Source: an uncultured Gammaproteobacteria bacterium (GTDB taxonomy: Bacteria; Patescibacteriota; Microgenomatia; UBA10105; UBA927). From it: DNA of 64,000 nt. The DNA lies in contig CAZNKB010000001.1 in assembly GCA_964573695.1 (NCBI GenBank), forward strand, positions 64,565 to 128,564. Reading direction: 5' to 3'. Position numbers and translations under genes: made by a program. The notes under the pieces were generated by a model. It saw only the letters and a program-made list of their open reading frames with translations, did not search any database and was not told the origin of the DNA. Below are positions 21,518 through 30,543 of this stretch, one piece after another; the stretch's first letter is position 1; every line of letters starts with the position of its first letter.

Positions 21518-21844
21518 ATGAATATAAATATCCGCATGATTTATCTTTATTTGTTTTCCTTTGTCGGCTTGTTTACGGTCGTCATCGGCTCAGTCCGCAT
21601 GGTAGACCTGGGACTTAAAGTGCTCGTGTTCAAGGACGCCGATCGTTATGAATACTCCGCCGTGAAACCTCTGGATGATACTGGTGATGCAGTAGACGAA
21701 CAGGCGATGAAAGAACAAGCGGCTCGTGAACAGACCCGTAACCGGCAGCGCGAATTCAGCGGAGCAATCGCCATGATTGCAGTCGGGCTTCCACTCTATC
21801 TCTACCACTGGAAGACGATCCAGAAGGAAAACAAAAAACACTAA
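21518..21844 (+). CDS. Hypothetical two-TM membrane protein
   Basis: 108 aa with hydrophobic N- and C-terminal helices flanking a charged loop. Confidence 0.4.
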   Translation: MNINIRMIYLYLFSFVGLFTVVIGSVRMVDLGLKVLVFKDADRYEYSAVKPLDDTGDAVDEQAMKEQAAREQTRNRQREFSGAIAMIAVGLPLYLYHWKTIQKENKKH

Positions 21845-22482
21845 TCGTTCTCTACAATGAGAACGGTTGTAATACGTACCGGATTCACCGGTTTAGAATT
21901 TTCTCTTCCGTCCTCTATGGTGGGGGCTGATGCAATGGCATCAACAACTCCCATACCTTCGATCACTTTTCCGAAGATGACGTAATCGTGCGGCAAATTG
22001 GTTTCGGCATGCATGATAAAAAACTGACTGCCGTTTGTGTTGGGTCCTGAGTTTGCCATAGCCACTACACCCCGGACATACGACCCGCTAAATGGTTCAT
22101 CGTCAAATTTATATCCCGGTCCTCCGGTACCGTTGCCTTTGGGATCCCCGCCCTGGATCATGAACCCTGGTATCACTCGATGAAACGGTGTGTTGTCATA
22201 AAACCCCTTGCGGGCAAGGTACACGAAATTATTTACGGTCTTGGGCGTATCCTTGGCGGTAAGTGCAATGACGATCTTGCCGGCAGTTGTTTCCAGCGTC
22301 GCAGTATATTTTTTTGCAACGTCTATTTCCATATCTGGTGCAGCCGGACGATCAATCGGTTGTTGTGTAGGCTGTAGTATCTGTTGGTCTGTCATAGATT
22401 TTCCTTTCGGCATACGCACATAGATCACGGCTGCGCACAATAAGACTGCGACAACTGTTACCCAGAGATACGTTTGCTTCAT
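21841..22482 (-). CDS. ppiB: Peptidyl-prolyl cis-trans isomerase, cyclophilin type, with N-terminal membrane anchor
   Basis: 213 aa with FHRVIPGFMIQGGDP...GSQFFI cyclophilin motifs. Confidence 0.85.
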   Translation of the reverse strand: MKQTYLWVTVVAVLLCAAVIYVRMPKGKSMTDQQILQPTQQPIDRPAAPDMEIDVAKKYTATLETTAGKIVIALTAKDTPKTVNNFVYLARKGFYDNTPFHRVIPGFMIQGGDPKGNGTGGPGYKFDDEPFSGSYVRGVVAMANSGPNTNGSQFFIMHAETNLPHDYVIFGKVIEGMGVVDAIASAPTIEDGRENSKPVNPVRITTVLIVEND

Positions 22483-22496
22483 AGAAGAACTCTATA

Positions 22497-22874
22497 TTAC
22501 CCGAAATCCGAGACAACTTCACCCACCAAAATATCGGGATCAAAAAATTTTTCAAGCAATGAAAAATTTTTTACATTGGACCGAAAAAAGATATCGAAGA
22601 CGATACCGACATACGGAATAATGCCGAACGCCGAATCGATCCCGATGTTCCAAAGCATCCGAACATACACCCATGCCGGCACTCGCAGCTGGTAAGCTAT
22701 CCAAAACAAATAAAACGATGTCGCAGTTGCCAGCAAATTCCCAAAGCCCGGGATGATATCGAGCATCGGGTCGATACCAAAACGGATGCCAAAAACATTG
22801 AACCGCAGGTCCATGACCTGGGTGAGCCTTCGGGCAAAATCGATATGTGCACGTAGGTTGGCAACCTGACTCAT
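22497..22874 (-). CDS. DUF4112-like small membrane protein
   Basis: 125 aa with a GIDPMLDIIPGFGNLLATATSFYLFWIA-type motif. Confidence 0.45.
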   Translation of the reverse strand: MSQVANLRAHIDFARRLTQVMDLRFNVFGIRFGIDPMLDIIPGFGNLLATATSFYLFWIAYQLRVPAWVYVRMLWNIGIDSAFGIIPYVGIVFDIFFRSNVKNFSLLEKFFDPDILVGEVVSDFG

Positions 22875-22925
22875 ATTCCAGAATTATAACACCCGGTATC
22901 CATGAGCTTCAGGAAAATCAACTGC

Positions 22926-22954
22926 TTGCATGAAGTGCATGCACTCGGTATAGT
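22926..22954 (+). promoter_or_regulatory. Promoter for the zinc-ribbon repeat gene (leaderless transcript predicted)
   Basis: TTGCAT at 22926-22931, a 17-nt spacer and TATAGT at 22949-22954. The first ATG at 22963 lies about 8 nt downstream, so no room for an SD. Confidence 0.4.
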
Positions 22955-22962
22955 TGCTGCAT

Positions 22963-23511
22963 ATGACAGATACAACATGTCCCAAATGCGGCAATCCCTT
23001 AGGTCCGATCGTTGAAACCAAATCCGGCAAACAAATGCAGAAATGCAGCACCGGTCACTGGAATCCGGAAACGAAAAAGAACGAAGGCTGCGACTACGTG
23101 AAGTGGATCGTACCCGAACCCAAAAGTCTGGATGAAAAATGCCCCAAGTGCGGCAGTCCGCTCGTCATGATGGTAACGCGTTTCGGCAAAAAAATGAAAA
23201 AATGTTCGACGAACACCTGGAACCGGGAAACGAAAAAAGCCGAAGGCTGCGATTATGTGGAGTGGATTAACGGCAGCACCGAACCACTCGACGAGGATTG
23301 CCCGGAGTGCGGCAAAAAACTCGTACTCTACACAACGGCAAGCGGCAAGAAAATGAAAAAATGCTCAACCTCAGGGTGGGATCGGGAAAAGAAACAGGCC
23401 ACTGGATGCACATACGTGCAGTGGCTCAAACCAGGAGAATATCCCGTGGAACACAAAGCAAACGGCGAGGAATTTTTACCTCCGGAACCTCCCGACGCGG
23501 AAGACGCGTAA
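22963..23511 (+). CDS. Standalone protein of three tandem topoisomerase-type C4 zinc-ribbon repeats
   Basis: Three repeats of about 53 aa (about 159 bp each), each with CPKCG...KCST..W..ETKK.EGCDYV.WI. This resembles the zf-C4_Topoisom module at topo I/III C-termini. The ORF track starts at TTG 22954, but the ATG at 22963 is more likely. Confidence 0.6.
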   Translation: MTDTTCPKCGNPLGPIVETKSGKQMQKCSTGHWNPETKKNEGCDYVKWIVPEPKSLDEKCPKCGSPLVMMVTRFGKKMKKCSTNTWNRETKKAEGCDYVEWINGSTEPLDEDCPECGKKLVLYTTASGKKMKKCSTSGWDREKKQATGCTYVQWLKPGEYPVEHKANGEEFLPPEPPDAEDA

Positions 23512-23515
23512 TTGG

Positions 23516-23755
23516 TTACGAACCCAGCAGCGTGTTTGATTGATTGGCTACGGAATCGGCCAGTTCACGAAGTTGTCTGGGTGTCATATCTGCAATGGCT
23601 TTCCGGTTGTCACCCACCACAAGAAGCATATCCCCTTCTTCCGACAAAGACAGACGGCGGCGTAACCCAAACGGTTTATCCGACAATCCCCGTGCACGGC
23701 GTTCAGAAATATGTCCCGGCGAAACACCCTGTTCCCGTTGCGTTCTTCTTGCCAT
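23516..23755 (-). CDS. Hypothetical small Arg-rich protein (doubtful)
   Basis: 79-aa ORF lying between the convergent zinc-ribbon gene and hflX. No motif. Confidence 0.2.
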   Translation of the reverse strand: MARRTQREQGVSPGHISERRARGLSDKPFGLRRRLSLSEEGDMLLVVGDNRKAIADMTPRQLRELADSVANQSNTLLGS

Positions 23756-24934
23756 ATGGGGATATTATACGCCTGCCATGCAATAGGCCGCATCGCGTAT
23801 AATGAGGACGTGCCGACTATTACCCGACCCTCCCGCATCCTATTTGTCTATCTGGCCCGTCCGAAAATCAGCCGCTCCGAAATGGAAAAGGACGTCACGG
23901 AATTGTGGCAACTTGTCGATACGCTGGGGAACGCCGCAGTTGTCGACATCATCACCCAGCATGGAGCAGTCACCCCTGCTACCTATATAGGCACGGGGAA
24001 AGTGGAAGAAATTCTCATTTACCTCGGGTCCCACCCGGTCGATACCATTATCATAAACGGAACCGCCTCGCCGAGCCAAAAATTTAAACTAATGAAAAAA
24101 TTCTGGGCTGCTAATCCCGCAATTCATGTTTGGGATCGGGTTGACCTCATCCTTGCTATCTTTGCCCACCACGCCAAAACAATAGAGGCCAATTTACAAA
24201 TCGAACTCGCACGCATGCATCACATGGGACCGCGGATTTTCGGCATGGGAATGGAACTCTCCCGCCAGGGAGGAGGTATCGGTACCCGGGGACTTGGGGA
24301 AACCAACACGGAACTTATGGAGCGCCACTGGAAACGCGAAATAAAAAAAGTGAAGGACGCGCTCGATAAACTCACCGAAAATCGACGACGACAGATGCAG
24401 CACCGGAAAAATCTGGGCCTCCAAACCATTTCCCTCGTGGGATATACCAATGCGGGCAAAACATCATTGTTTAACCTCCTTACACACAAAAAGCATCTTG
24501 TCGAAAACGCGCTGTTTGCAACCCTCGATAGCACGGTCGGAGAAATCTACATCCCTCAGCTTCGTACACAGGTCGTCGTCTCTGACACAATCGGATTTAT
24601 CAGCAATCTCCCGCCGGATTTAATCGATGCGTTCGCCTCGACGCTTATGGAGTCTGCCCATGCCGACGTGGTTCTCCATGTCATCGATGCGTCTGACCCC
24701 GATATAGCGGACAAAATCGATGTCGTAAGTCGTATCCTCGATCAGCTCGGCATCCCGGAAGAAAAAGAGGTGTTGGTATTTAATAAAGCCGATTCGATCA
24801 CGGAGACTGATCGGGATCGTATCATGGCAAACATTCATGGTGTACCGTTTATTTTTGCCTCAGCAAAAACACAGGAAGGAATTGGAGAACTCTTGACGTC
24901 GATATTACCCCGATTTATTACACCGAAAATCTAA
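23756..24934 (+). CDS. hflX: GTPase HflX
   Basis: G1 GYTNAGKTSLFN, G3 DTIGFI and G4 NKAD motifs, plus the HflX N-terminal domain. The track start at 23711 is possible. The Met at 23756 is preferred by alignment. Confidence 0.85.
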   Translation: MGILYACHAIGRIAYNEDVPTITRPSRILFVYLARPKISRSEMEKDVTELWQLVDTLGNAAVVDIITQHGAVTPATYIGTGKVEEILIYLGSHPVDTIIINGTASPSQKFKLMKKFWAANPAIHVWDRVDLILAIFAHHAKTIEANLQIELARMHHMGPRIFGMGMELSRQGGGIGTRGLGETNTELMERHWKREIKKVKDALDKLTENRRRQMQHRKNLGLQTISLVGYTNAGKTSLFNLLTHKKHLVENALFATLDSTVGEIYIPQLRTQVVVSDTIGFISNLPPDLIDAFASTLMESAHADVVLHVIDASDPDIADKIDVVSRILDQLGIPEEKEVLVFNKADSITETDRDRIMANIHGVPFIFASAKTQEGIGELLTSILPRFITPKI

Positions 24935-24937
24935 GAC

Positions 24938-25780
24938 TTACTTTTTCGACGATATATACTTACGCGCGGCCTTCACGGCGATACTACCGCCGGGGATAAA
25001 TATACCAGCTGCATCGGCTCCGATATCGAAGAGGAAATCCGTGTCCAGCACTTTACCCAAATACTCGCGGAATATTCTGCTACCGCTCGATACATTGCCG
25101 GTCACCCCGTCTATTTCCACGATCGCGTCTTTCCCTTTGCTTTTCCAGTGAAACTGAAATGCATACACCGGCCGGTAATACAGATCGACTGCGGAAACCT
25201 CGACGTGCTCTTCGAGAATGGTATCCGCCTGAATTCCCTTGATCATCTTAGAAAGCGCGTCGCGCATGATTGCCGATACCCGCGCCTGTGGAGGAACGAG
25301 AATGGAATCTTTGGCTACCATTTTCTCAATTTTTCCTTTCACCTCATCTGAGGGCTTATTCACGTATTCGGCCAGCTCAGCAAGATTCTTTCCACTCACT
25401 CCGTCCACATAGACAATCTCATGCTCTTCCTGTGTGCAGTGCTCGGTAACCGGCATATGGATATGTCCGTTTGTTTCCTGGTAGTCGGTACCGAGTACCG
25501 TCACGGACTTCACTTCTTTGCCACCGGTGCTTACCTGATATGTCGCATTGCGGTCATAGACATATTTCGCTTGTGCCGCCACATACCAGAACGGCTGGTA
25601 GCGGTGTTCGTTATAGGTAAGCTCAAAGTCATCGTCTTTGGGGCGTGAGAAAAATCCGGTTACTTTGCTCAACGCGTCAAACGCGCTGGATTTCCTTTCC
25701 CACGCCTTTTTTTCTGCGACAGATTGAGTTACCTGGTCCTTAAGAAGTAATATCCGCTGCTTGGCGACATCTATTTTCAT
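24938..25780 (-). CDS. Hypothetical protein (no recognisable family)
   Basis: 280 aa, soluble. Second gene of a two-gene minus-strand cassette immediately beside the R-M island. Confidence 0.5.
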   Translation of the reverse strand: MKIDVAKQRILLLKDQVTQSVAEKKAWERKSSAFDALSKVTGFFSRPKDDDFELTYNEHRYQPFWYVAAQAKYVYDRNATYQVSTGGKEVKSVTVLGTDYQETNGHIHMPVTEHCTQEEHEIVYVDGVSGKNLAELAEYVNKPSDEVKGKIEKMVAKDSILVPPQARVSAIMRDALSKMIKGIQADTILEEHVEVSAVDLYYRPVYAFQFHWKSKGKDAIVEIDGVTGNVSSGSRIFREYLGKVLDTDFLFDIGADAAGIFIPGGSIAVKAARKYISSKK

Positions 25781-25781
25781 A

Positions 25782-26576
25782 TCATTTACACGCTACGAGA
25801 AGCGTATGGTGTTTCTGACTACCGAGGTTTATATCAACTGAAGTACCATTGATCGTTTTGTCATCAAACATGACACGCATTGACCGGCTAACTCCAGGAA
25901 AATTATATCTCATCCCATAGATTTGGACTTGTATGTCGGACGGATCTGTTGCATCGACATGCACTTGAAGCGGTGGCAATTTTGCGACTGCCTCACCTCC
26001 TGCGGGAATAGACTGATTGGGCAACATGAGTCCTGGTATATTGACGGCAACACTTGCCGCAGGTTCTAATGGCGCACATCCGACGTTTTTGATGACGACA
26101 GATACTTCGGTTACTTTGAGCGCCACTACTCCGACTGCGATAAGAGTTAATATCCCCAGCGGCCCTTTGGCCGCTCCGAATATATTCCATGCGGATGTCG
26201 CTTTGTCCGCGATCGTTTTTTGAGAAAAATCATTGCCGATTTCCTTTTCTACACGAGTCACTTCTGATTTAAGCGTATTCCAGTATCCTAAGAAAAGGAG
26301 AAACGCCTTTTTCCGTTTCCTGTCCTCTGGGGAAAACTCAGGAATGGAGTCGAGAGCAAGGGATATGACTTCTCCTTTTTGTAAATGAGAAAATTTAGTC
26401 CCCGCTTTTGCGGCCGCATCAAGGGCTGCATTTAACTTCGGATGAATGTCGTATAACAACGTCCTGAGCGTCGGGATTGTGGAAGCATCAAGCGTTCCCT
26501 TTTGGAGAAGTTCCTGCGCAGCAGCAATACGTTTCTGCACCGTCTTCGCATCCATATATTGGAGGTATTGTAGCAC
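25782..26576 (-). CDS. Hypothetical single-pass membrane protein
   Basis: 264 aa with an N-terminal helical soluble region, one TM (GPLGILTLIAVGVVALKV) and a C-terminal extracytoplasmic region. Only 1 nt separates it from the downstream gene. Confidence 0.5.
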   Translation of the reverse strand: MLQYLQYMDAKTVQKRIAAAQELLQKGTLDASTIPTLRTLLYDIHPKLNAALDAAAKAGTKFSHLQKGEVISLALDSIPEFSPEDRKRKKAFLLFLGYWNTLKSEVTRVEKEIGNDFSQKTIADKATSAWNIFGAAKGPLGILTLIAVGVVALKVTEVSVVIKNVGCAPLEPAASVAVNIPGLMLPNQSIPAGGEAVAKLPPLQVHVDATDPSDIQVQIYGMRYNFPGVSRSMRVMFDDKTINGTSVDINLGSQKHHTLLVACK

Positions 26577-26602
26577 ACAATCAAAACAAAATTATTAGCG
26601 AA

Positions 26603-28162
26603 CTAGCTTAATTTTGACCTAAACTTCTCAAATACTTTTTGCGTATATACTTCCATGTCTTGCAAGTTTTCTTGCCTAATTGTAGTTTCGACGAAGTTTT
26701 CTATGCTATACGGTTTGATATTTACTTTCTTGCTCTCTGAAGAGCTTAATATGGAGGCGACATCAAAATAATCTTTGGTATCAGAATGAATAGTTGGCGC
26801 AACTAAAGATAAATATTTATTTCTATAGCTCTTAAACTCTTCCTCAGTATTCAAATGCCTTATCACAGACGTCGTTTCATTATTTAGTAGCTGTGTCTTA
26901 TTACGAATTAATGTTACTTCAATAAGCCAAAAAACCTCCGAAGAATAGACATCGATATCACCTAAATTACCAGGTGCGTGTGAGTAGGGCTTACCATATT
27001 GATCTGCTTTATAATTTGGCCTTAAATGAAATTTTTCGCCATAGGTTAATGCAATTAATATAGCAATATAAAACTCTAGTTTTAACGGTCTCGATATTTC
27101 TCTGAAATCCTCGATGACTATATTATTAGAATCTATAGACTTAATGCACTCAAGAATTTTCTTTTCGTCAATTTCATAAACTTTGATTAACTCAATTATT
27201 TTACTCGTATACTTTTCTCCATCTATCCTGTCTAAGCGTCTATACTTAACGACTAAAGATAAATACTGTTTATCTAAATGTGACAATTTATTATAATAAC
27301 TTTCTGCGTTAATTTTCTCGCCGGGCTCAAGTTCAAAACGAACCCTAAGCAAATCTAATATATATTCCAGTTTATTTTCGTTTATCTCAATAAATTTTAT
27401 TCCGCTGTAGCGAGTAGTAATGAAACCGGCAATATTCATAATTCTTCTTACAACATCTGGATAATCCTTCGTTACCGTGTTTATGGAGTTAGTAACCCCG
27501 TACTCATGTCTTAAATAATCATAAACTCCATCGAAATCAGAAAACTTATGTGAATCAATAACGTCAATAAATTGTTGAACATCTCCATTCTGGCTAAACG
27601 TTAATATTACAAATTGCTCGTATGTTAGCGCTCTTCCTTTCTCCTTTAGCTTTAGTAGCACTTCAAGTGCAAAACGGAAAAAATTGAAGTCATTTAGGAC
27701 GTTTCTATAAGGCGATTTTCTATTGTATTTCATCGCCTGTATCGAAAAAGCTTCCTGCTCATCTATTTCACCCCTAATAAGCTTATTAGCGATTTCAGAA
27801 ATTTTAAATGGCTCGTTATATTGTGAGTAAATCATGCCTAATTCCGATAAAGTTCTCATATATGTCCAAAAACGAGAAGGATACCCGCATGGAAAACCGC
27901 CATCTGCCCTTCTTGTAGAATTAACCTTAATTATAGCTCGCGACACATCTTCGTCAGTTAAATTATCAGAAATTAGTATACCTTTACTTGTTACCACTCC
28001 TACGCGGTACAAATGGCACATAATTTTCAATAAATTTCTGTCATTAAGAATGACGTTCTCAAAATTAACTAACTCAACCAAAATATCTAAGTACCGCTCA
28101 GGATTTCTTACCGCTGTTTCAAATGCCATTTGTTTATATTTAGGAGATATTTTATTAGTCAT
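26603..28162 (-). CDS. Putative Type II(S) restriction endonuclease (family unassigned; AlwI-like is a guess)
   Basis: 519-aa AT-rich ORF lying directly downstream of two tandem m6A methyltransferases. No conserved housekeeping motif. Context-based call. Confidence 0.5.
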   Translation of the reverse strand: MTNKISPKYKQMAFETAVRNPERYLDILVELVNFENVILNDRNLLKIMCHLYRVGVVTSKGILISDNLTDEDVSRAIIKVNSTRRADGGFPCGYPSRFWTYMRTLSELGMIYSQYNEPFKISEIANKLIRGEIDEQEAFSIQAMKYNRKSPYRNVLNDFNFFRFALEVLLKLKEKGRALTYEQFVILTFSQNGDVQQFIDVIDSHKFSDFDGVYDYLRHEYGVTNSINTVTKDYPDVVRRIMNIAGFITTRYSGIKFIEINENKLEYILDLLRVRFELEPGEKINAESYYNKLSHLDKQYLSLVVKYRRLDRIDGEKYTSKIIELIKVYEIDEKKILECIKSIDSNNIVIEDFREISRPLKLEFYIAILIALTYGEKFHLRPNYKADQYGKPYSHAPGNLGDIDVYSSEVFWLIEVTLIRNKTQLLNNETTSVIRHLNTEEEFKSYRNKYLSLVAPTIHSDTKDYFDVASILSSSESKKVNIKPYSIENFVETTIRQENLQDMEVYTQKVFEKFRSKLS

Positions 28163-29066
28163 AGTTTGTAACTAAAACCTCGTCAATTTTTTTCTTAGAA
28201 TTGTTGTGAAAACTTATGTAATTACTATTTATAGTATAAACCTTGTAGCTACGCATCCAAGCTTTAAATATATGGTTGTACACGTTTTTATGGAAAACTA
28301 TGTTTGATACTGCAAATTTAATTTTTTTTTCGTTCAACCAATCAAGTAATTTTATTAGTTCCATCTCCTTATCCGAATTCCACAGTTTATTATATTCACT
28401 AAAAGATATTAAATATGGCGGATCTAAATATACGAAATCCCCCTTTTGAAATTTAATTGATTTAATAAAATCTATGTAATCCATTGTTGAAATTATAATA
28501 TTTCTATCTTCCACCGCCGAAAAATAACTTTTTAGTGCGGAAGCGACGTTTATATTAAAGTCTACGTTGCCGACGGGGAGATTAAATTTCCCTTTTGAAT
28601 TAAATCTCAAAATACGATTGAAGCCGTAGATCAGAAGCATGTATAATTTTAGGTAGTCCTTTATTTTCTCTTTATTAAAATCATTTCTTAACTTAAGATA
28701 GCCTGGCTTATTAAACTTTGCATAATAAGTTTTAGTCCACTTTTTTCTATACAGTTTAGGTACCACGTCTTCCCAGTAGGAACGAGAAAGATTATATTTT
28801 TTTGCGATTTGATTAACTTTCGCAAACAACTTAGACCCATTATCTGAATTGCTTATTAAAAATTTATGTAGGCGGCAAATATTTTTGTCTATATCATTTA
28901 GTAGATAACTTTTTGCTTCTATATTTAAAAATACGGACCCTCCACCAACAAATGGCTCTATAAACCTAATAATTTTCGCGGGGAAATGTTTTTTAATTTC
29001 CGCCAATAATTTATACTTATCTCCAACATAAAAGAGTGGCGAGCGCTTAATGCTTGTTTTTCTCAT
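28155..29066 (-). CDS. Dam-class (D12) N6-adenine DNA methyltransferase M1
   Basis: Motif I FVGGGS and motif IV DPPY. The likely start is MRKTSIKRSPLFYVGDKYKLL at 29066; the track gives 29105. Confidence 0.8.
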   Translation of the reverse strand: MRKTSIKRSPLFYVGDKYKLLAEIKKHFPAKIIRFIEPFVGGGSVFLNIEAKSYLLNDIDKNICRLHKFLISNSDNGSKLFAKVNQIAKKYNLSRSYWEDVVPKLYRKKWTKTYYAKFNKPGYLKLRNDFNKEKIKDYLKLYMLLIYGFNRILRFNSKGKFNLPVGNVDFNINVASALKSYFSAVEDRNIIISTMDYIDFIKSIKFQKGDFVYLDPPYLISFSEYNKLWNSDKEMELIKLLDWLNEKKIKFAVSNIVFHKNVYNHIFKAWMRSYKVYTINSNYISFHNNSKKKIDEVLVTNYD

Positions 29067-30069
29067 ACGTTTTTGTAATAAATAACCACTCCTGGTGATT
29101 ATCAAAGTTTGTTTTTCCGCTATTAAAAAATCTGTGACTTTTTTTAAATATCATACTTTTGCCTTTTTCATTTAGAATCTCCTCTATTTGTTCGAGAGTT
29201 ATCTTGTTTCTGGAGGAGTGACTACGGGAGTTGTAGGTATTATTATACGAAACTACGATATAGTCACACTTTAAATTCTTTATGAGGTCGGCAAAAGCAT
29301 CTTTGGCCTCGACCGTACAATAACGGCTGGAATTTTCCGTGGGAGGCTTTAGAGCAACTCCGGATAATTTTCGCTTATCCCACTTCACTAATGTTTCGAG
29401 CAAATGATAAAAACGGCTATATTGTCTGGAGTTATACGGGGGGTCTATATAAACAACGTCTGCCTTAATTTTTTTTGCTAACGCATTTGCGTCCTGCCGG
29501 TATATATCCACCTTCTTTACCTTATGTGTATTTATCGGCCTGAGTAAGATTCTTTTATTGAGTATCGGTTTTTTGATATACGCATCATAATGACCAACCG
29601 TATTTGCATTTCTATCGACTGCATAAAGAAGTGATGTGAGAAGAATTGCATATTCTCTTTTGGATACCTTCTTTTTATTTTTTTCTATATCTTCACGTAT
29701 GAATCCTATGATTTTTGCGTTCTCGCGGGTAAAGTACTTCCCACCGAAATATCTGGAAAAATAATTAGGCGCTAATTCTTTCGCGTTTACTGAGTTATAG
29801 AGATCAAGATACTTTTTAATTTTTTTCGGCCGGAATTTACCCGAACCAAAAAAAGCATCGTAAATTACCTTGTTGGAATAGAGAAAGTCATTGATGATGA
29901 CATGCTTGTATTCCTTAATAGCTCTCGCGGAAATCACTCCAGTACCGGCAAACAGATCCGCAAATATTTTCCCCTCACAATTATTATCGATATGGGAAAA
30001 TATCCAATCTATAAGCTTAAATTTACTTCCGATATATCTTCTGCTCTCTAAACTAAATACCTTGTTCAT
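29047..30069 (-). CDS. Dam-class (D12) N6-adenine DNA methyltransferase M2
   Basis: Motif I FAGTGV and motif IV DPPY. The likely start is MNKVFSLESRRYIGSKFKL at 30069; the track gives 30147. Two tandem adenine MTases are typical of systems recognising asymmetric sites. Confidence 0.8.
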   Translation of the reverse strand: MNKVFSLESRRYIGSKFKLIDWIFSHIDNNCEGKIFADLFAGTGVISARAIKEYKHVIINDFLYSNKVIYDAFFGSGKFRPKKIKKYLDLYNSVNAKELAPNYFSRYFGGKYFTRENAKIIGFIREDIEKNKKKVSKREYAILLTSLLYAVDRNANTVGHYDAYIKKPILNKRILLRPINTHKVKKVDIYRQDANALAKKIKADVVYIDPPYNSRQYSRFYHLLETLVKWDKRKLSGVALKPPTENSSRYCTVEAKDAFADLIKNLKCDYIVVSYNNTYNSRSHSSRNKITLEQIEEILNEKGKSMIFKKSHRFFNSGKTNFDNHQEWLFITKTYEKNKH

Positions 30070-30128
30070 GATTATATAAATAGACAATATTAATCTCTTA
30101 TTATCCGAGCACGTAATAAGCTTCACGC

Positions 30129-30488
30129 TTAATATCTTTGCCTCCACCCCGATCTTCCCGTTGTTCTTTCTAAAACACCCTCCACTTCCTCTTTATCATG
30201 TATATTATCAACACTTCCTAATACTATCTCATTATCCTCAGGATTAGCACCGGAAAACTGCACGATAATCCCGCGATTTCTCCTCGTTCCGATGACCGCG
30301 ACATAATGGCCGCGATAGTCGCGCTCTCGCCTGGGTATTGAACTCTCCCAAAAATGCGCGTTAGGGAGATTTTCTACTACCACGTGCTCAACCAACATAC
30401 ACCACGAGGCTGGACGATTTCTCGTGTACCGAAACCAGTCACCACGCTTTTTTTTGATCTGAGAGATGATTTCCTTTGGGGTAGGCAT
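30129..30488 (-). CDS. Hypothetical protein at the island boundary
   Basis: 119 aa of native GC composition. Its 3' end runs into the AT-rich island. Confidence 0.4.
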   Translation of the reverse strand: MPTPKEIISQIKKKRGDWFRYTRNRPASWCMLVEHVVVENLPNAHFWESSIPRRERDYRGHYVAVIGTRRNRGIIVQFSGANPEDNEIVLGSVDNIHDKEEVEGVLERTTGRSGWRQRY

Positions 30489-30543
30489 TTGTTTGGCCTA
30501 TTATATAGCTCTGTCTAGACTCTATCAAACCAGAAATTCTGAC

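Larger units (their letters stand above)
26577..30150. other. AT-rich (about 28% GC) genomic island carrying a restriction-modification system, probably horizontally acquired
   Basis: GC drops abruptly at about 26577 and recovers at about 30150. Codon usage is A/T-rich (many Lys, Asn and Ile). The content is R + M1 + M2. No integrase, tRNA or obvious flanking direct repeats. Confidence 0.55.

Noticed and set aside
30069-30147. N-terminal 26 codons of the M2 methyltransferase track ORF (MEAKILSVKLITCSDNKRLILSIYII) and, likewise, the 13 extra codons at the 5' end of M1 (29066..29105)
   Set aside because: Alignment to Dam-family N-termini supports the internal Met starts. The upstream codons are probably read-through of the preceding gene's 3' end.
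26577-30150. Calling the island a mobile element or prophage remnant
   Set aside because: No integrase, recombinase, transposase, tRNA or clear direct repeats at the boundaries. Only compositional evidence of horizontal origin, so it is labelled a genomic island rather than a mobile element.
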